Shown: piece by piece, positions 35,851 to 36,769 of the stretch
How the letters are laid out: each line of letters starts with the position of its first letter
Numbering within the stretch: the first letter of the stretch is position 1
Source of the DNA: Vicugna vicugna
Taxonomy: Eukaryota
DNA: 36,769 bases
Reading direction: 5' to 3'
NCBI GenBank assembly: GCA_013265495.1
Contig: MU057560.1
Span: 3,658,909 to 3,695,677 of the forward strand
Position numbers and translations under genes: made by a program
The notes under the pieces: model-generated
What the model was told of the DNA's origin: nothing
The model's database searches: none
What the model saw: the letters and a program-made list of their open reading frames with translations, nothing else

Positions 35851-35962
35851 CAGGTAAGTAGCAATATACAGGGAAGTGGAGGATTCTATTTCGGGGGGGG
35901 ATGTATTTTTGTTACATCTTCATGGGATTTGACCATCATGAGAGTGGTAGGTTGTTACAAGA

Positions 35963-36769
35963 AAATAGGATTAAGGATTAGGATCAGGGTCAAAATTAGG
36001 GGTAGGGTATGGGAATGGGTTAGGGTTAGGGTCAGTGTGAGGGTACTGGTGAGAGTTAGGAAAAGGGGGAGGGTGCGGATTAGGGTAGGAAATAGGGGTA
36101 GAGTACAGGTTAGGATAGGAGTTTGGAGGTTAAGTTCAGGGTATGCGTAAGATACGGGCTGGGGTACAAGTTAGGTTACGCATTAGGGAACAGCTTAGGG
36201 TTAGGGATAGGGCTAGAACCATACCAAGAGTTAGTGTTAGGGCTAGGGCTAGAACCAGAGGAAGGAATAGAGTTAGACTCAGAGTTAAGGGTAACAGGGT
36301 GAGGGATAGACTCAAGGTGAGACTGAGGGTTTAGGGTTAGGGTTAGGGTTACACTCAGGGTTAGACTCTGGGTTAGGGTTATATTTAGGGTTAGACTCAG
36401 GGTTAGACTTAGGGTTAGACTCAGGGTTAGACTCAGGGTTAGAATCACGGTTAGACTCAGGGTTAGACTCAGGGTTAGGGTTAGACTCAGGGTTAGGGTT
36501 AGACTCAGGGTTAGACTCCGGGTTACTCTGGGTTAGGGTTAGGGTTAGACTCAGGGTTATGGTTAGACTCAGGGTAGGGTTAGACTCAGGGTAGGGTTAG
36601 GGTTAGACTCAGGGTTAGACTCAGGGTTAGGGTTAGGGTTAGACTCAGGGTTAGACTCAGGGTTACTCTGGGTTAGGGTTAGGGTTAGACTCAGGGTTAT
36701 GGTTAGACTCAGGGTAGGGTTAGACTCAGGGTAGGGTTAGGGTTAGACTCAGGGTTAGACTCAGGGTTA
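35963..36769 (+). repeat. Telomere-derived array: degenerate TTAGGG (35963-~36330), then regular TTAGACTCAGGG/TTAGGG satellite to the window end
   Basis: Read directly; G-rich strand is +, so a chromosome end would lie to the right. Confidence 0.95.

Noticed and set aside
36330..36769. TCAGGG variant repeats as NR2C/F (GGGTCA) sites, or TTAGAC as a foreign telomere
   Set aside because: TCAGGG is preceded by GAC, so GGGTCA is not formed; the array is contiguous with mammalian L1 and mixed with TTAGGG

Overview
Mammalian non-coding, repeat-dense DNA that looks subtelomeric. It is probably camelid: the L1 3' UTR at ~19.0-19.6 kb is of the alpaca/camel type, and I saw no ruminant BovB/Bov-tA or pig PRE1 SINEs. 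I can support no intact protein-coding gene; the listed ORFs derive from repeats, N-gaps or chance. Contents from left to right: old LTR fragments; a minus-strand L1 interrupted by MER2 and a solo ERV1 LTR; a degenerate interstitial TTAGGG tract (5.4-5.7 kb); an array of ~11 copies of a 23-bp ACTACA/ZNF143-type motif with dissimilar spacers (6.7-7.1 kb); an inverted pair of MER41-like LTRs; a 7.3-kb decayed ERV1 provirus (9210-16478) whose leader carries four tandem hairpins with GACG-derived loops resembling the MLV packaging signal; MLT1, solo LTRs and L1s; a module repeated three times (GC-rich promoter/exon-1-like block, L1, conserved unique block) across 22.7-33.5 kb, with a bipartite CTCF-like site in the last copy; and a terminal telomere-derived array that grades from degenerate TTAGGG into a regular TTAGACTCAGGG/TTAGGG satellite with a 140-bp higher-order repeat. 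Repeat family names come from recall of consensus sequences, not from a database search.
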